Source: Owenia fusiformis (lineage: Eukaryota). Taken from it: a stretch of 64,000 nucleotides of DNA. Position numbers and translations under genes: made by a program. This document shows, piece by piece, positions 50,401-61,457 of the stretch (positions are counted from its first letter, which is position 1; the number at the start of each line of letters is the position of its first letter). Location of the stretch: the NCBI GenBank assembly GCA_903813345.2, contig CAIIXF020000001.1, forward strand, positions 39,866,001-39,930,000. Direction: 5' to 3'. The notes under the pieces were generated by a model, which saw only the letters and a list, made by a program, of their open reading frames with translations, was not told where the DNA came from and made no database searches.

Positions 50401-52557
50401 CGTATTGAAGTGTGTCAAAGATCAGAATGGTAACCATGTGGTACAGAAATGTATAGAGTGTGTAGAACCAGTGCACCTCCAGTTCCTAATAGACGCTTTC
50501 CAGGGACAGGTAGTAAGGCTATAATTTTTTTATTCCACTATCTTGTTAAATTACAAAGAATATTTAGGAGTACTTTAATATGTTGTATAATCATAATTTA
50601 ATAAATAAATATAATGACTGAATGGATTCTAAAACTTAATGACCAATCCACCAATTATAACTGATTTTTTCTAATTGCAGGTTTTCACACTGTCTACTCA
50701 CCCATACGGCTGCAGAGTAATCCAGCGCATATTGGAACACTGTTCCCCTGAACAGACTGAGCCAATACTTGCTGAAATGCATGACCAGACAGAGCGTCTA
50801 GTGCAGGACCAATATGGCAATTATGTCATCCAGCATGTACTTGAACATGGCAGACCAGAGGACAAGAGCAAAATTGTTGCAGAGCTGAGAGGAAAGATCC
50901 TTGTGCTGAGTCAGCATAAGTTTGCAAGGTATAAAAATTGAAATAATATCTGGCTGTCTTAAGTATTTCAATATTCCTATTTTCTTTGTTATAGAAAATT
51001 AAAACGTCATGTAACATAAAAATCTTTAGGTTTTGTCTTTAAAACAATTTTTCAATAATAATGTAACTAATAATTATTCTGAGATTAGAGTCGCTTGTTG
51101 CGCCTTGTACAGTGGCCCATGAGTGCTAAAACTTTCTCAGACATAAACTTCTAGCTTAATGCCCAGCATGACTTCTCCATACACATGCTGACACCAAGCC
51201 TGATACAAATCTATAAGATGAACTCGATAGAGGAATTATCTGACATTCTCTCAAATTTCTTCTTTCTCGTAAAGGTCATATTTCTAGCCATGTGCATTTC
51301 TGTGTTGTAAATAAATGTATGCCCTTGATAAGATTTTCTCAGAAAGATGTTTTAATATATATATATTTTTTTTAGTAATGTGGTTGAGAACTGTGTTGCC
51401 CACTCCTCCCCACCTGAGAGAGCCATGCTGATTGCAGAGGTCTGCAACATGAATGATGGGTAAGCACCTTTTCAATACTTTCTAACATTACTCTGTAAAG
51501 CCATTCAGATACATTTCAAATATGCGTGTAAAAGCAAACGATTATCGAACAATATTCAGACATGACAGTGCTCTAATTGAATTTCTCAACCAATCAAAAT
51601 GCAGCATAGCTAAAAAAGGTTCTCTATTTCTCCATACATGCATGACTATGCTCTATTGAATCATCCAGGTATCTATTATTATATATTGTGACGTCCCACT
51701 ACCTATGAGTGGCGAAAATAACAGCAAGTTTGATTATTTTATGGAGCCCAATTCTCTGAACAATGTTTTCATTTTCGTTATGTTTGAATCGGAATAAATA
51801 ATGATAGGCCATTCGATATGGTGAAATTATACACTCGTTGGACAGAAAATCAGTACAAATGCACTCACCTTCGGTTGATTCTTTGTTCGACATTCTGTCC
51901 AACTCATGCTGAATTTCACCATATTGAATGGCCTATGCAAATATTTATTCCTTAAATAATAATTGTAGTATTTCAAAGAGGAATGGCTTTATTGGTGAAT
52001 TAATTAACACTTCTCATGCTTGATTCTGTTCTATCCTGTTCTCACTTCACATTTACAAATAAACAGTTGTAACATTCATGAATAAGTATAAATATAAAAT
52101 CATCTCAGTGTTTAGTGATTTTTTATTCAAATAAAAATTGTTTATACAAATTTGTAATTTTGATCACATTAATTTGTTGTTTGGCTTCAATAAGGTTATA
52201 AAGTAGAAGCAAATGCTTAAATTTCTCTGTTAACATTTCGAGTGAATCTATCCACCTAACATTACTGCATCTTCCTGCAGTGCATTGTGAATCAGTAATG
52301 TCTTGCACATTTTCAGTCCCCACAGTGCCCTCTACACAATGATGAAGGACCAGTTTGCCAACTACGTCGTGCAGAAGATGATTGATGTCGCAGAACCACC
52401 CCAGCGAAAGATCCTCATGCACAAGATCCGACCACATGTGGCTACATTGCGTAAATACACATACGGCAAGCACATCCTGGCAAAGTTGGAGAAATTCTTC
52501 ATGAAAAACCAGACGGATCTTGGCCCCATTGGAATGCCACCGAATGGCATGCCTTAG
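32424..52557 (+). CDS. pum: Pumilio homolog (PUF-family RNA-binding protein)
   Basis: In-frame GT-AG exons: 32424-32618, 36635-36700, 36871-36994, 37922-38112, 39057-39214, 39596-39887, 40164-40272, 41969-42049, 43155/43158-43244, 43738-43896, 44106/44109-44243, 44511-44609, 44973-45167, (46008-46058), 46857-47033, 47279-47399, 47701-47835 or 48521-48661, 49737-49995, 50372-50509, 50681-50928, 51376-51459, 52317-52557. Conserved motifs [46 protein letters not shown], eight PUF repeats (SRFIQ, NYVIQ, CRVIQ, NHVVQ, CRVIQ, NYVIQ, SNVVE, NYVVQ) and [13 protein letters not shown]. Confidence 0.97.
32648..33087. mobile_element. Dispersed TIR element (AATAAC.CAGATGCGAGTAG family), copy 2
   Basis: AATAACCCAGATGCGAGTAG ... 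CTACTCGCATCTGCGTTATT. Confidence 0.75.
33436..33757. mobile_element. Fold-back MITE core
   Basis: Inverted arms TAGATTCC...TGTAGTTGAATCCA...CTGGGTTTATCGGCAGAAC / GTTCTGCCGATAAACCCAG...GGAATCTA. Confidence 0.6.
34445..35622. mobile_element. Helentron-associated (HINE/DINE-1-like) element
   Basis: Subterminal inverted ATCCCATCGAAC / GTTCGATGGGAT, (GTCC)n microsatellite and AAAATGGC-rich core; inverted homolog at about 58575-59600. Confidence 0.65.
34585..35162. mobile_element. hAT-type MITE nested in the HINE element
   Basis: TAGTGGTGTCAA...TTGGCACCTCTA, 8-bp TSD ACACATAC, subterminal TTAACCG repeats. Confidence 0.8.
38329..38460 (+). ncRNA. H/ACA snoRNA, SNORA3(ACA3)-like hairpin 1, subtype B hairpin 2, intact
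   Basis: Hairpin CTGAGA...TCTCAG with pocket TAGAGTC / GCTA; H box ATATAA; second hairpin CAAGCT...AGCTTG; ACA at 38455-38457; intronic, sense strand. Confidence 0.8.
40295..40376 (+). pseudogene. 5'-truncated snoRNA copy (subtype B hairpin 2 only)
   Basis: AACTTTCTCAGAAATCAA...AATCCCCAGCATGGTTTATCTGTACCATTCTGACGCAG...ACA; most of hairpin 1 is missing. Confidence 0.65.
40952..41020 (-). pseudogene. tRNA-Gly-derived sequence inside a probable Kolobok-like element (about 40709-41303)
   Basis: Minus strand GGTGGTGCAGCGGTAGAATCCTCGCCGAGCACGCGGGAGGCCCGGGTTCGAATCCCG has A and B boxes and a tRNA-Gly-like body, but the acceptor stem is broken. Region is bounded by TTAAAGC...GCTTTAA. Confidence 0.65.
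43462..43584 (+). pseudogene. Degenerate snoRNA copy (subtype B)
   Basis: AGATTAGACTC...GTGCTAAAACTTTCT.AGATATAAGCTAAATCCCAGCATG...CCATTCTGATGCAGAGCTT...ACA. Confidence 0.6.
44335..44435 (+). pseudogene. Degenerate snoRNA copy (subtype B)
   Basis: TGAGATTAGAGTCGCT...TTCTCA...TTCCCAGCA...CTGTACCATTC with internal deletions. Confidence 0.55.
44764..44882 (+). pseudogene. Degenerate snoRNA copy (subtype B)
   Basis: GCTTGATGTGCCTG...TTTGAGTGATAAAACATTCTCA...TCCCCAGCACGGTT...ACCATTCTGATGCAG. Confidence 0.55.
45274..45404 (+). ncRNA. H/ACA snoRNA, SNORA3-like hairpin 1, subtype B hairpin 2, intact
   Basis: Two hairpins, H box AAATAA, ACA at 45399-45401. Confidence 0.8.
46008..46058 (+). CDS. pum: Candidate 51-nt pumilio exon ([17 protein letters not shown])
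   Basis: Pyrimidine-rich acceptor ending TTCTAG, donor C|GTAAGT, phase 1-1, no stop in frame; lies between two snoRNA copies. Confidence 0.6.
46452..46582 (+). ncRNA. H/ACA snoRNA, SNORA3(ACA3)-like, subtype A
   Basis: Two hairpins, H box ACATAA, pocket 2 CTTATGC / CACC, ACA at 46577-46579. Confidence 0.82.
47065..47196 (+). ncRNA. H/ACA snoRNA, SNORA3-like, subtype A
   Basis: Same architecture, H box ACATAA, ACA at 47191-47193. Confidence 0.8.
47701..47835 (+). CDS. pum: Pumilio duplicated exon A (start of PUM-HD)
   Basis: Encodes [45 protein letters not shown](R); AAGCAG acceptor, AG|GTAGCT donor, phase 2-2. Confidence 0.85.
48521..48661 (+). CDS. pum: Pumilio duplicated exon B (start of PUM-HD)
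   Basis: Encodes [47 protein letters not shown](R); TTACAG acceptor, AG|GTAGGA donor, phase 2-2. Confidence 0.88.
50036..50168 (+). pseudogene. Diverged snoRNA copy (subtype A), ACA box mutated
   Basis: CTGGGATTAGGGTCGCTTGT...CTAGCTTAATGCCCAGCATGAC...ATGCTGACACCAAACCTGATAAA. Confidence 0.6.
51079..51210 (+). ncRNA. H/ACA snoRNA, SNORA3-like, subtype A
   Basis: Two hairpins, H box ACATAA, ACA at 51205-51207. Confidence 0.82.
51792..51951. mobile_element. Small palindromic MITE
   Basis: ATAGGCCATTC.ATATGGTGAAATT...TTGGACAGAA / TTCTGTCCAA...AATTTCACCATATTGAATGGCCTAT. Confidence 0.6.
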
Positions 52558-55500
52558 TGAGGGCCCTTGATTGGAAATAACGAACATTTGGATTATAGAC
52601 CCCCTGCTTTGAATTATGGACTGCATATTGCTTCAAAGATAATTGAATAATATACTTAATACTAATTAAATTACAATATTGAATATAACTTATTTAAGTC
52701 GTGGCCTTTAATATAATGGTTAATATTAGGGATGTTGATGTAAATTCACACAATGAAATTCTATTGAGTTCTATTTAAAAAAAATTGAGCATATGTTGTA
52801 ACGCTGCATGCATTGTGACATTTTATATTATTAAGGTGTTGGGAAAATATTTTCACCTTATGGAATGTATCAACCATGACTTAACATCTGTGAGACATGG
52901 TCTATTGGAGCATGGTGTTCCACTCAAATACACACTTGGTAAATGTGCGCCAGCATAGCCACTAACCAGCGAGTTATTCAAGCTTATCAGTGGCACTTTG
53001 GTAAGCTGCAGTAACTGTCCAGTTAATCTGAATTACCATATCCTCATAAAAAATCACTTAAATGTCAACATTATTCGATGAAGTTTCAGGTATTGTGAAA
53101 GAATAATTGTATTTATAATGAAGTAAATAACAAAATGCTATTTCCATTACATATCAGAAGTGAATGGCATTGTTAAATGCTGAATATTGAATGTTAGGTC
53201 AACATCATGGAATACTGTATATTGTAAAGCATTAGTGTATAGATGGCCTTCATCTGATCTCTTCTTATATCTATCTGTGTGTAAAGTGTAAATAAAACCT
53301 TGTAAGTATGTGTAAGATACAGTGATCATTTGTATAGTGATTCAACAGATAAACATTTTGTATAAATCTTAACTCATTCATTGTGGATAAACTAACGACA
53401 ATCTCACAACTTCAAAAACTTAACTCTGTAATCTCTAACAATCTGTATGTTTTGTTCGTAAATGCCTTTCTCATCCTCTTTAAACTCTCTTTGGGTCATT
53501 AATTGGCATCGCTATGTTATTTTGTACATGTATTAAGATATAGTAATGGGACATACTTTTGATACAAATTAGTGTAAATTTTGTACATTTAAAATTATTT
53601 TTGCTGGTGTATAGCTGGAAAGGTCCATACGTTATACTCTTCCAGTTTCCAGTTTGGAACTGGAGAGTTGTTCTGTGGAGTCGATACCATTTGTAAGTAA
53701 GATGAACATAAACGCAATATTTTCAGTCAAAAATTGTAAACTTTGTACAGTATGGACAGTCAGTGTGTAAGATATGTAAAAATTGGAAGAATTTCTTTAC
53801 AGCCAGCATTCACATGCATAAAGAAAAGATATTCTCGCTTATTTGATGTACATTTAGTATATATGTTGGCCCTTCATCTGAGAGCATACTTGGCTCCCAT
53901 AGACCCTTTCTGAATATGCCCATGACCCTGGTAAATCAAGGGAAAGCGTGTATCATGGTTGATAAAGGGAGGTTTTTATTAATAATACTTTTTGTATCTA
54001 TCTCTTGTATAATCCTATATTCTGTATTTATGCTAGAGCAAAACTTGTAAATGTGTGGTGTGCTATATGCTGTAGATTATTCTATGTACAGATTGGTCGG
54101 TGCCAATAACAAAGCCAGGCACGTATATCCTATATACCCATATATAGATATAGGATGGATTTCTCATTGAATTCCTTGTGTATATGTAAAATTATTGATG
54201 CATAAAATTTGAAAATATTTGTGTACAAATTCGAGCCTTTGTTAAATAGCTGTAGAAATGTGGATATTTTGAACCTGCTTCAAATTATTGTATAGGCCTG
54301 TATTAAAGTCTCTAAACTATTACATAGATGTAAAGTGTATAAACCAACAAATGTAATCATAGTCATGTAAATTGTAAACATATCCTTATAATTATTCACT
54401 AATGTATAGAAATAATGTGACTCTTAATCAGAATGCAGCACATTTACTTTGTCGGGGAACTTGAATGTATGTTCGTATGAGGAGATGAATATAAGTTGAA
54501 ATGTGTTGAATATTTACTGTACACAAGTGGTACAAAACTGTAAAATATGTGAATAATTTGAGTAGAATTGTAAAAAGACTGAGAATATAAAATAAGATGC
54601 TATAATATTATATTGCTGTAGATAAATCACCGTCTGTAAATGTGCTGGATTTTGATTAGCTGTCAGGTGATGGAATTGTTAGGTAGTAATGTTTAATTAA
54701 TTATTAATTAATTGTATGGTACATAATGGTTGAGCTGTAGTTACACTGTATATGAAATGTTGTGCCCAATCATGCATTCATATTCCCTACTAACTTGATA
54801 GAAAGTGTATGTCGCTTTGGGGGCAGATTTTCAACATTATTATTTTTTGTTGTAGTTTATTTGAGGTGGGATTAATGGGCTACAGTTGACGATTAATAAA
54901 AAACCTTTGAAAGTCATGTAAATCCCAAACTTGCATCAATTCAACCATTTGAAACAAGAATGATGCTTTTTGTAACTCAGACTGCTTGGTTTTTGTTATA
55001 CACTCCCAATTTTGGACAAATTGTCTCTACATTACATAGTGTTTGAATGTGCTGAGGACAGAATTGTAAAATCTATTGGGCATCTTGAACCTCTGATGTA
55101 CCAGTGTTGACCGAGTTTATTCTTTGTCAGTCTGCAGTTTGACAAGGTTTCATTCTACTTGAGTTCTCCCACCTTTGTATATTTAAAAGTATGTTTCAAA
55201 TTGCAAATAATTATGCGGTATATAAATTATCCAAATATTGTACATTCTGTATGAAATACAAAACTCTGTATATTCGAAGATTTGCTATAAAACAACCTGT
55301 ACATTTGTCTAGACAGTTTTTACATCACACTGAACATAGCTTGAACATAGTCACAAACTGTAAAAATCTGAAACTGTACATTAAACACTTTGTATTAAAT
55401 TTTAATTGTATAAATGACTTGTGAATAGCAGAGAAAGTTTATCATGGATATTTTTTCTTAAGTCACTGTATGATAAGATATACATCCGTAGCCACTATAG

Positions 55501-56240
55501 TATATTGTAGGAATCACCGAGACTAACTCTTTGACAATTTAAATACATTCCTCTTGACATCACATTTGGCATTAGGATTGCATTGAAATTGTTATAATTT
55601 TGGCATATTATGGTCAGCTCCTTAGAGCCGTGTGTTAGACAGGCAACAGAATAGCACAAAATTGTATATGTACATGTAGCACTAGACTTGGGCACTGTAG
55701 AGCTAACAAGCTAGCGATCAAAACGAGCTGACTGAGTCAGTAGCAAATTCTAATCCCTCATTTTGATTTGACAGCGAATCTAAGGCTGTAGGATATGAGT
55801 TCGTAGACAAATGTCGAAGAACGTTTTAGTAATGTTTATAAACATGGAATCTTATGAATTGAATTATTTTAATTTTCATTTTATTTTCAATGAAGGTGGT
55901 ACTGTAACACTTCTATATGCTTATTGTTTGTAGTGCGTAAACATTTCTGGGCAAAATTGGAGCTATTGAAATGATACCCCAACATTATATTCAGTAGTGC
56001 TACTACAGAAGATATTGCAAGGTATGGTGAAGGTGGCTCCAGTATTGTCGAGATTTGGTCTAGAATTATGTAGAAATTCTTTGCCTTATTGTAGGTAATT
56101 GGTATATAATGGAATGTACATTGTTGTATATTGTATAGAAATTCCTCCAAAACTCGCTACATCTCACTTCACATTGACAGTATTAAATTATGATGATATA
56201 GTGAATTGTACAAATGAATAAAATTTCTATATAAATATGC
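52558..56240 (+). other. Probable long pumilio 3' UTR
   Basis: No recognisable transposons, UGUA-rich sequence after the TAG TGA stops; AATAAA at 56217 and 56362. The end point is a guess. Confidence 0.55.
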
Positions 56241-57381
56241 GAATGAAGAGGAGTCGGCGGTGAATTGCTTCTGGGAAAGGGGAATGAGGTGTAATGAGTT
56301 TTGGATAATTTTGTGAAATAATGATCTATATAATCACTGGTGTAACCGAGAGTTGCTAGTAAATAAATTGTTCATTGAAGCATGAATAATGGTAATCCCA
56401 GACTTCTGTGCATATATTTCTTTATTGACATTTAATTTGTTTCTTAAAGGGTGATGCATATCGTTTAGCAAATCGAACGCTCGTTACTGGTGTTTCTCAC
56501 CGTTTAGTATAAAAGACCCAATCCAGGAATAATACTCCAGGGTTCACAGGCTCAAGGTTGTTGTGTCAACACCTCTTGATGTTATATAGCATTAGTATAT
56601 TATAGATCGTCACTCATTTATAAAAGGGAGATTTTATTTTGACAAATCAATTTCACATTCATGGGTGAAGTTTCGGGATCTTCCATTTGTGTATAATAAG
56701 GAAAAAATGACATCTAAATTTCCTCATAATATATTAGTACACAGCTTGGCATATGAAATATACTCCAAATGAAAAGAAGGAGTTCTAACACAAGGATTTA
56801 TATTGGCTGTTGTACACATGCATTCTTTGAACAATCACTCTCAATAATGTTCTCAGAATCATAAATGGTTTACTTTATCTCCAAGACAATTTCAATAAAC
56901 TTGATTTTACAAAACTCCCCTTATTTCTTAAAACTCGACTGATCCAGTTGACTTGCCTGGAGCCGCCATATTGTTTTTATACCGGAAGCTTATCACCCCT
57001 TAAAGGGACTCGCACCTTTCAGTGTTTTTAGCAAAGTAGATTTATTTTTCATAACCCTGGTACTTTCGGTAGATTGATAAGTACTTGATCTTGATGCCAA
57101 ATACTGCTGGAATGGACCACATCAGAATTTACAATACAATCTTTAAAAATATTCTCCAATCTGTCAAATATTATTTAGGTGGTGAAGATATTCTTACCAG
57201 ATTCATTTTTGCTCTGTGCTTCAAATGTTTACATCACCTATAAAATTTGGATCAAATCCGTCCATCGGTATTTGAGATAATGCCCGGACAGACGGATGAA
57301 CGGAAGGACATGAATGGATGGACGGCTTTCCTATATCCCCCTCAAACTTCGTTTGGTGGGATAATAAATAGTAGTAGGTAG

Positions 57382-57685
57382 CAAGGAGGATTGGCTCCCA
57401 GAGTGCAACATCGATATTCTGTCCCATATATGGGCATGTCGTGCTACAAAATTTGAATTCCAACAGCCGCCATTTTGTTCACTTCAACATTTGAATCGTG
57501 AATTTTGGTCTTATTTCCTAACGAAAAATTCCAAAACTCACAGGAAATGATCGAGATATTGGTTCGAATCTTTTGAACTGTTTATTTTGAATTTATAATC
57601 GGTTATAATTTCAGAAAATAACGACATCTCGGCGTTTTCATTGTTGGAAAATATCGACTTTGATTCTGGGAGCCAATCCTCCTTG
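57382..57685. mobile_element. Mutator-like MITE with 9-bp TSD
   Basis: TIR CAAGGAGGATTGGCTCCCAGA, TSD AGTAGGTAG; inserted into the end of an inverted copy of the 32648 family (about 57364-58107). Confidence 0.8.
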
Positions 57686-58574
57686 AGTAGGTAGTAAGAT
57701 CACAGTTGGTAGTTAAAATTTTTACCACCAGGTGGCTGATTCAGGTTATAAAACATGGCACATATAGTAAAAAGATCCCTTTAACTTGAATAATTATCAG
57801 TTTTAATGGTTCAGTTTTCATATTATTACCCTTATTTTGCGCCTGATAATTATACAAATGAAAATATGTCCTTTAAAAGAAAATGTGTTCTGTCAAATAC
57901 AAGAAAATATATTTCACTTTTTGTGATTTTATAACATGGGGTCCAATGACCTCGAACGTATATTTTCAAAGAAAACTAAATTTTTAAACTTGATTAACAA
58001 TTTTTGAGACCACATTTCTGGATTAGATTTCAAATATGATATTACTTTGATTATTTGAATATTTTATAACATAAGTCAAGATTAGTTCTACTTGCATCTA
58101 GTTAATTAACCCATGACAGGGAACTCTACATGCCTAAGCCTGAGTACTGTTGATTAATTCAGATTGGGAGAACCTATACTGATGATTTATAAGAGTTTTA
58201 TCATGCCTATATATTGTTAAGGCCATGCTCGAATTTCCTTGTCATTCCTATCGTGTCACCACCTCAAATTATTATATAGCCTCAACTTTCTTGTGTTAGG
58301 GGTTGGTGTTCAGCGTTTGGTGTTCTGCATTCAGTGTCTGTAACAAATGACAGGTGGTGACATTTTGCATGTTAATGCCTTGTTGCAAAGTGCTGTAATT
58401 GCTAGAACATACATGCATTTTGTAGATAAAATACAATGTTAAACTTGAATTGATAATGGCTATTATAAGAGGGCGCTTAAACTAAATCTAAATCATGTCA
58501 GTAAAATCTTAGACTTGGCATGTGCTTAGAATGTATGTTGATCCCGTCAAATCGAACACTTTTGTGAAAAATAA

Positions 58575-59600
58575 ATCAACCAGAACAACGGCAACGCCAA
58601 AGCGTAGCGAATCCCATCGAACAGCCATGGATGGCGTTTTTACAAACAAAGTATATAGCAAAAAAAGCAGCCGTTTTTCAAAATGGCCGCCTTCTACCAA
58701 AAGTGTCATTAGATCATGTGCCATGCTTATAGTATTCACATACCAAATATGAACGAAATTGCTCCACTACTTTTCAAGTTATAGTGAAATACGTTAAATG
58801 TCGGCCATTTTTCAAAATGGCCGCCTTCTACCAAAAGTGTCATAGGACAGTGTGTCATGCTTATAATATTCACATACCAAAAATGAACAAAATCGCTCCA
58901 CGACTTTTCGAGTTATAGTAAAATACATTAAAATGGTGGCCATTTTTCAAAATGGCGACCATTTTTCAAAATGGCCGCCTTCTACCAAAAGTGTCTTTAG
59001 ACAGTGTGCAATGTTTATAGTATTCACATACCAAATATGAACAAAATCGCTTCACTGCTTTTCGATTTATAGTAAAATACGTTAAAATGGCGGCCATTTT
59101 TCAAAAAAATTTTCAAAATGGCCGCCTTCTACCAAAAGTGTCATAGGACAGTGTGTCATGCTAATAGTATTCACATACCAAATATGAACAGAATCGCTCC
59201 ACTACTTTTCGAGTTATAGTGAAATATGTTAAAAATAGCGAGTAAAGGCCGCCATTTCTCAAGATGGCTGCCATGTGCTTCTTTAATATCTACATTTCTA
59301 GCTTTATTAATGTCCTATATAATTTTTTTACATCTAAAACATATTGCTTTTACAGTTTTACATATTGCACCTAAATTACTGTAAATTCGGCACTAAAATG
59401 GCCGCCATTTTGAAATGAGCGGCCATTTTGGAAATCGGCTTTCAAGCAGAACTTCTACCCCCATAGGGGATATGTGTACAAAATATGAACAAAATCGGAC
59501 CAACGGTATTTGAGTTATTGCCCGAACAGACGGACGGACGGACGGACGGACGGACGGAGGCGTTCCCTATATCCCTCCGAACTTCGTTCGATGGGATAAT
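58575..59600. mobile_element. Helentron-associated (HINE-like) element with internal tandem array
   Basis: Four ~135-150 bp units (AAAATGGCCGCCTTCTACCAAAAGTGTC...), (GGAC)n microsatellite, terminal GTTCGATGGGATAAT; inverted homolog of 34445-35622. Confidence 0.7.
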
Positions 59601-60767
59601 GAAGCATGAAATACAGAAGATAATCTCTCAAAATCAAACAGTATAGCAGAGTGCCCTAATTGTGACATCACTACAATATAGAATCCATCCAGTGATGGCA
59701 AATCATCAATTGGAAGATCAGTAGAAAAATGTCTAGTTTCTCAAAGGTCCAATTTCTAAAAGATGATAGAAAACTCCATACATTTATCACTTTAAATCCC
59801 CACATTTTTTGGATGCAACAAAAGAACAGATAATTTATTTATAATTTATATTGGAATATCTCCAATGTTATTTATTGCGCCTACTGTACAATACAACTTT
59901 TACATGCAATATCACAACATTAAGTGACAGAAAAGGAATCCTTATGAGAAAATTGAGATGACAGGAATAATATTCTGGATAAAGTGATATTTAAAACCTC
60001 GGAGGGTCATACTGTTTTCTTACTATGAAGGTTGTAATGCCAATACTTCTTACACTTGCTAAACATGTGGTTATAAATTGGAGAAGTCCTGGACTAGCAG
60101 ACATTTTGAACTTGTTTTACTCTATATGCTAATGGAATTATAATGAAGTCAGTCGATCCAAACTTGCAAAAATCATGACAGTTATTTTTCAAAAATGTAT
60201 AGCTAGTTTTCACTCTGGCATTGATGGAATATGCTCTTATTTTTACGAAAAATTTCTCCAAATGTTTTTCTAACTTTAACATCGAAGAACATGAAGTCTT
60301 TTACAAGATGGATGCAAATGTCCTTTTAGTGATCATTAACGAACAAGGGGTGTCTGCTTCAGGTTCAGTAAAATGGAACGCATACGAGACACGTCCTTTG
60401 TCATTTTAGTAGTTTTTGGATTAAACTCGCACAATCGACATATCCTCTCCCATTGGCCATCGGAAGATGTTTCATCTCGCTCTTCCACAAATGCAGCCTC
60501 TGAAGCTCTGGAAGTAAAGCACACACAATAGTAAATACCAGGCATTGGCATTTTAAGGGATGAATAACAATACTACGAGTAAACTGCAGCTCTGAAGTAG
60601 CAAATCCAGATGAACATGATGTTTTCCAAAATCATGATGGATTTTGTCAAAAATATCCTTGTTTTGATTATGAAACTTACTGCTTAAAAGGTTATAGTAT
60701 GGAAGCTGATATATTGAATGGAGATTATAGAATGATGATGATCAATGGTATAATCATTTGCTATATA

Positions 60768-61413
60768 CAGGGTGTCCCAAAAGTATGCCCCCCCCCCTAG
60801 GCAGATATATTCCACTGTCCTCATAGTATGTGTCATATATCATTTTAAAGCTTATCCAAAGTTACATTGATTTGCCAAGTATCATGTTTTAACTCCCAAA
60901 TGGGAAAAAGTTACAGGCATTTTAAAAGTTAGTGTTTTGTCGAAATAAAGTTCAATTTTACACCAAATTACTAGTCAATGAGTCCCCCCTTGGCCATGTT
61001 AACAGCAGCAATTATTTTCAGATATGACCTTAAAAGCACTTCAAATAGGGGTGTGGAATTTTATAACCCTCTTAAAACCTGTTAAGGCACTTTAGAAGAG
61101 TTTCCTTAGAGTTTCTACCATCACCATTCTCTTTTTCCAACTCAATATCCATCCGACCTGAAAAGAATTGCTGCTGTTAAGATGGCCGGGAAGGACACAT
61201 TGACTAGTGATTTGGTGTAAAATTGAACTTAATTATGACCAAACACTAAGTTTTTAAATGCCTGTAATTTTTTCACATTTGAGAGTTGATCTGAACCATG
61301 ATACTTGGTGAATCAATGTAACTTTGGATAAGCTTTAAAATGATATATGACACATACTATGACGACACTGGTATATGTCTGCCTGGGGGGGGGCATACTT
61401 TCGGGACACCTTG
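60768..61413. mobile_element. Tc1/mariner-type MITE
   Basis: TA|CAGGGTGTCCC.AAAGTATGCCCCCC ... GGGGCATACTTTCGGGACACCTTG|TA; arms of about 250 bp. Confidence 0.8.
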
Positions 61414-61457
61414 TAGATATATAGAGATGAATAAATAGATGGCAGCATGTGTGTTGG

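Noticed and set aside
51326..51348. Possible eleventh snoRNA fragment (TAAGATTTTCTCAGA)
   Set aside because: Match is too short, with no hairpins or ACA.
52555..52560. Stop-codon readthrough in pumilio
   Set aside because: TAG is followed immediately by an in-frame TGA.
52123..52626. 167-aa minus-strand ORF
   Set aside because: Antisense shadow of the last pumilio exon; no recognisable motifs.
56960..56992. YY1/ETS-like motifs suggesting another promoter
   Set aside because: No associated exon found, and GCCGCCAT motifs are common in local transposons.
60094..60551. Short ORFs including ERICRLCE
   Set aside because: May be a LINE remnant, but too little similarity to call.
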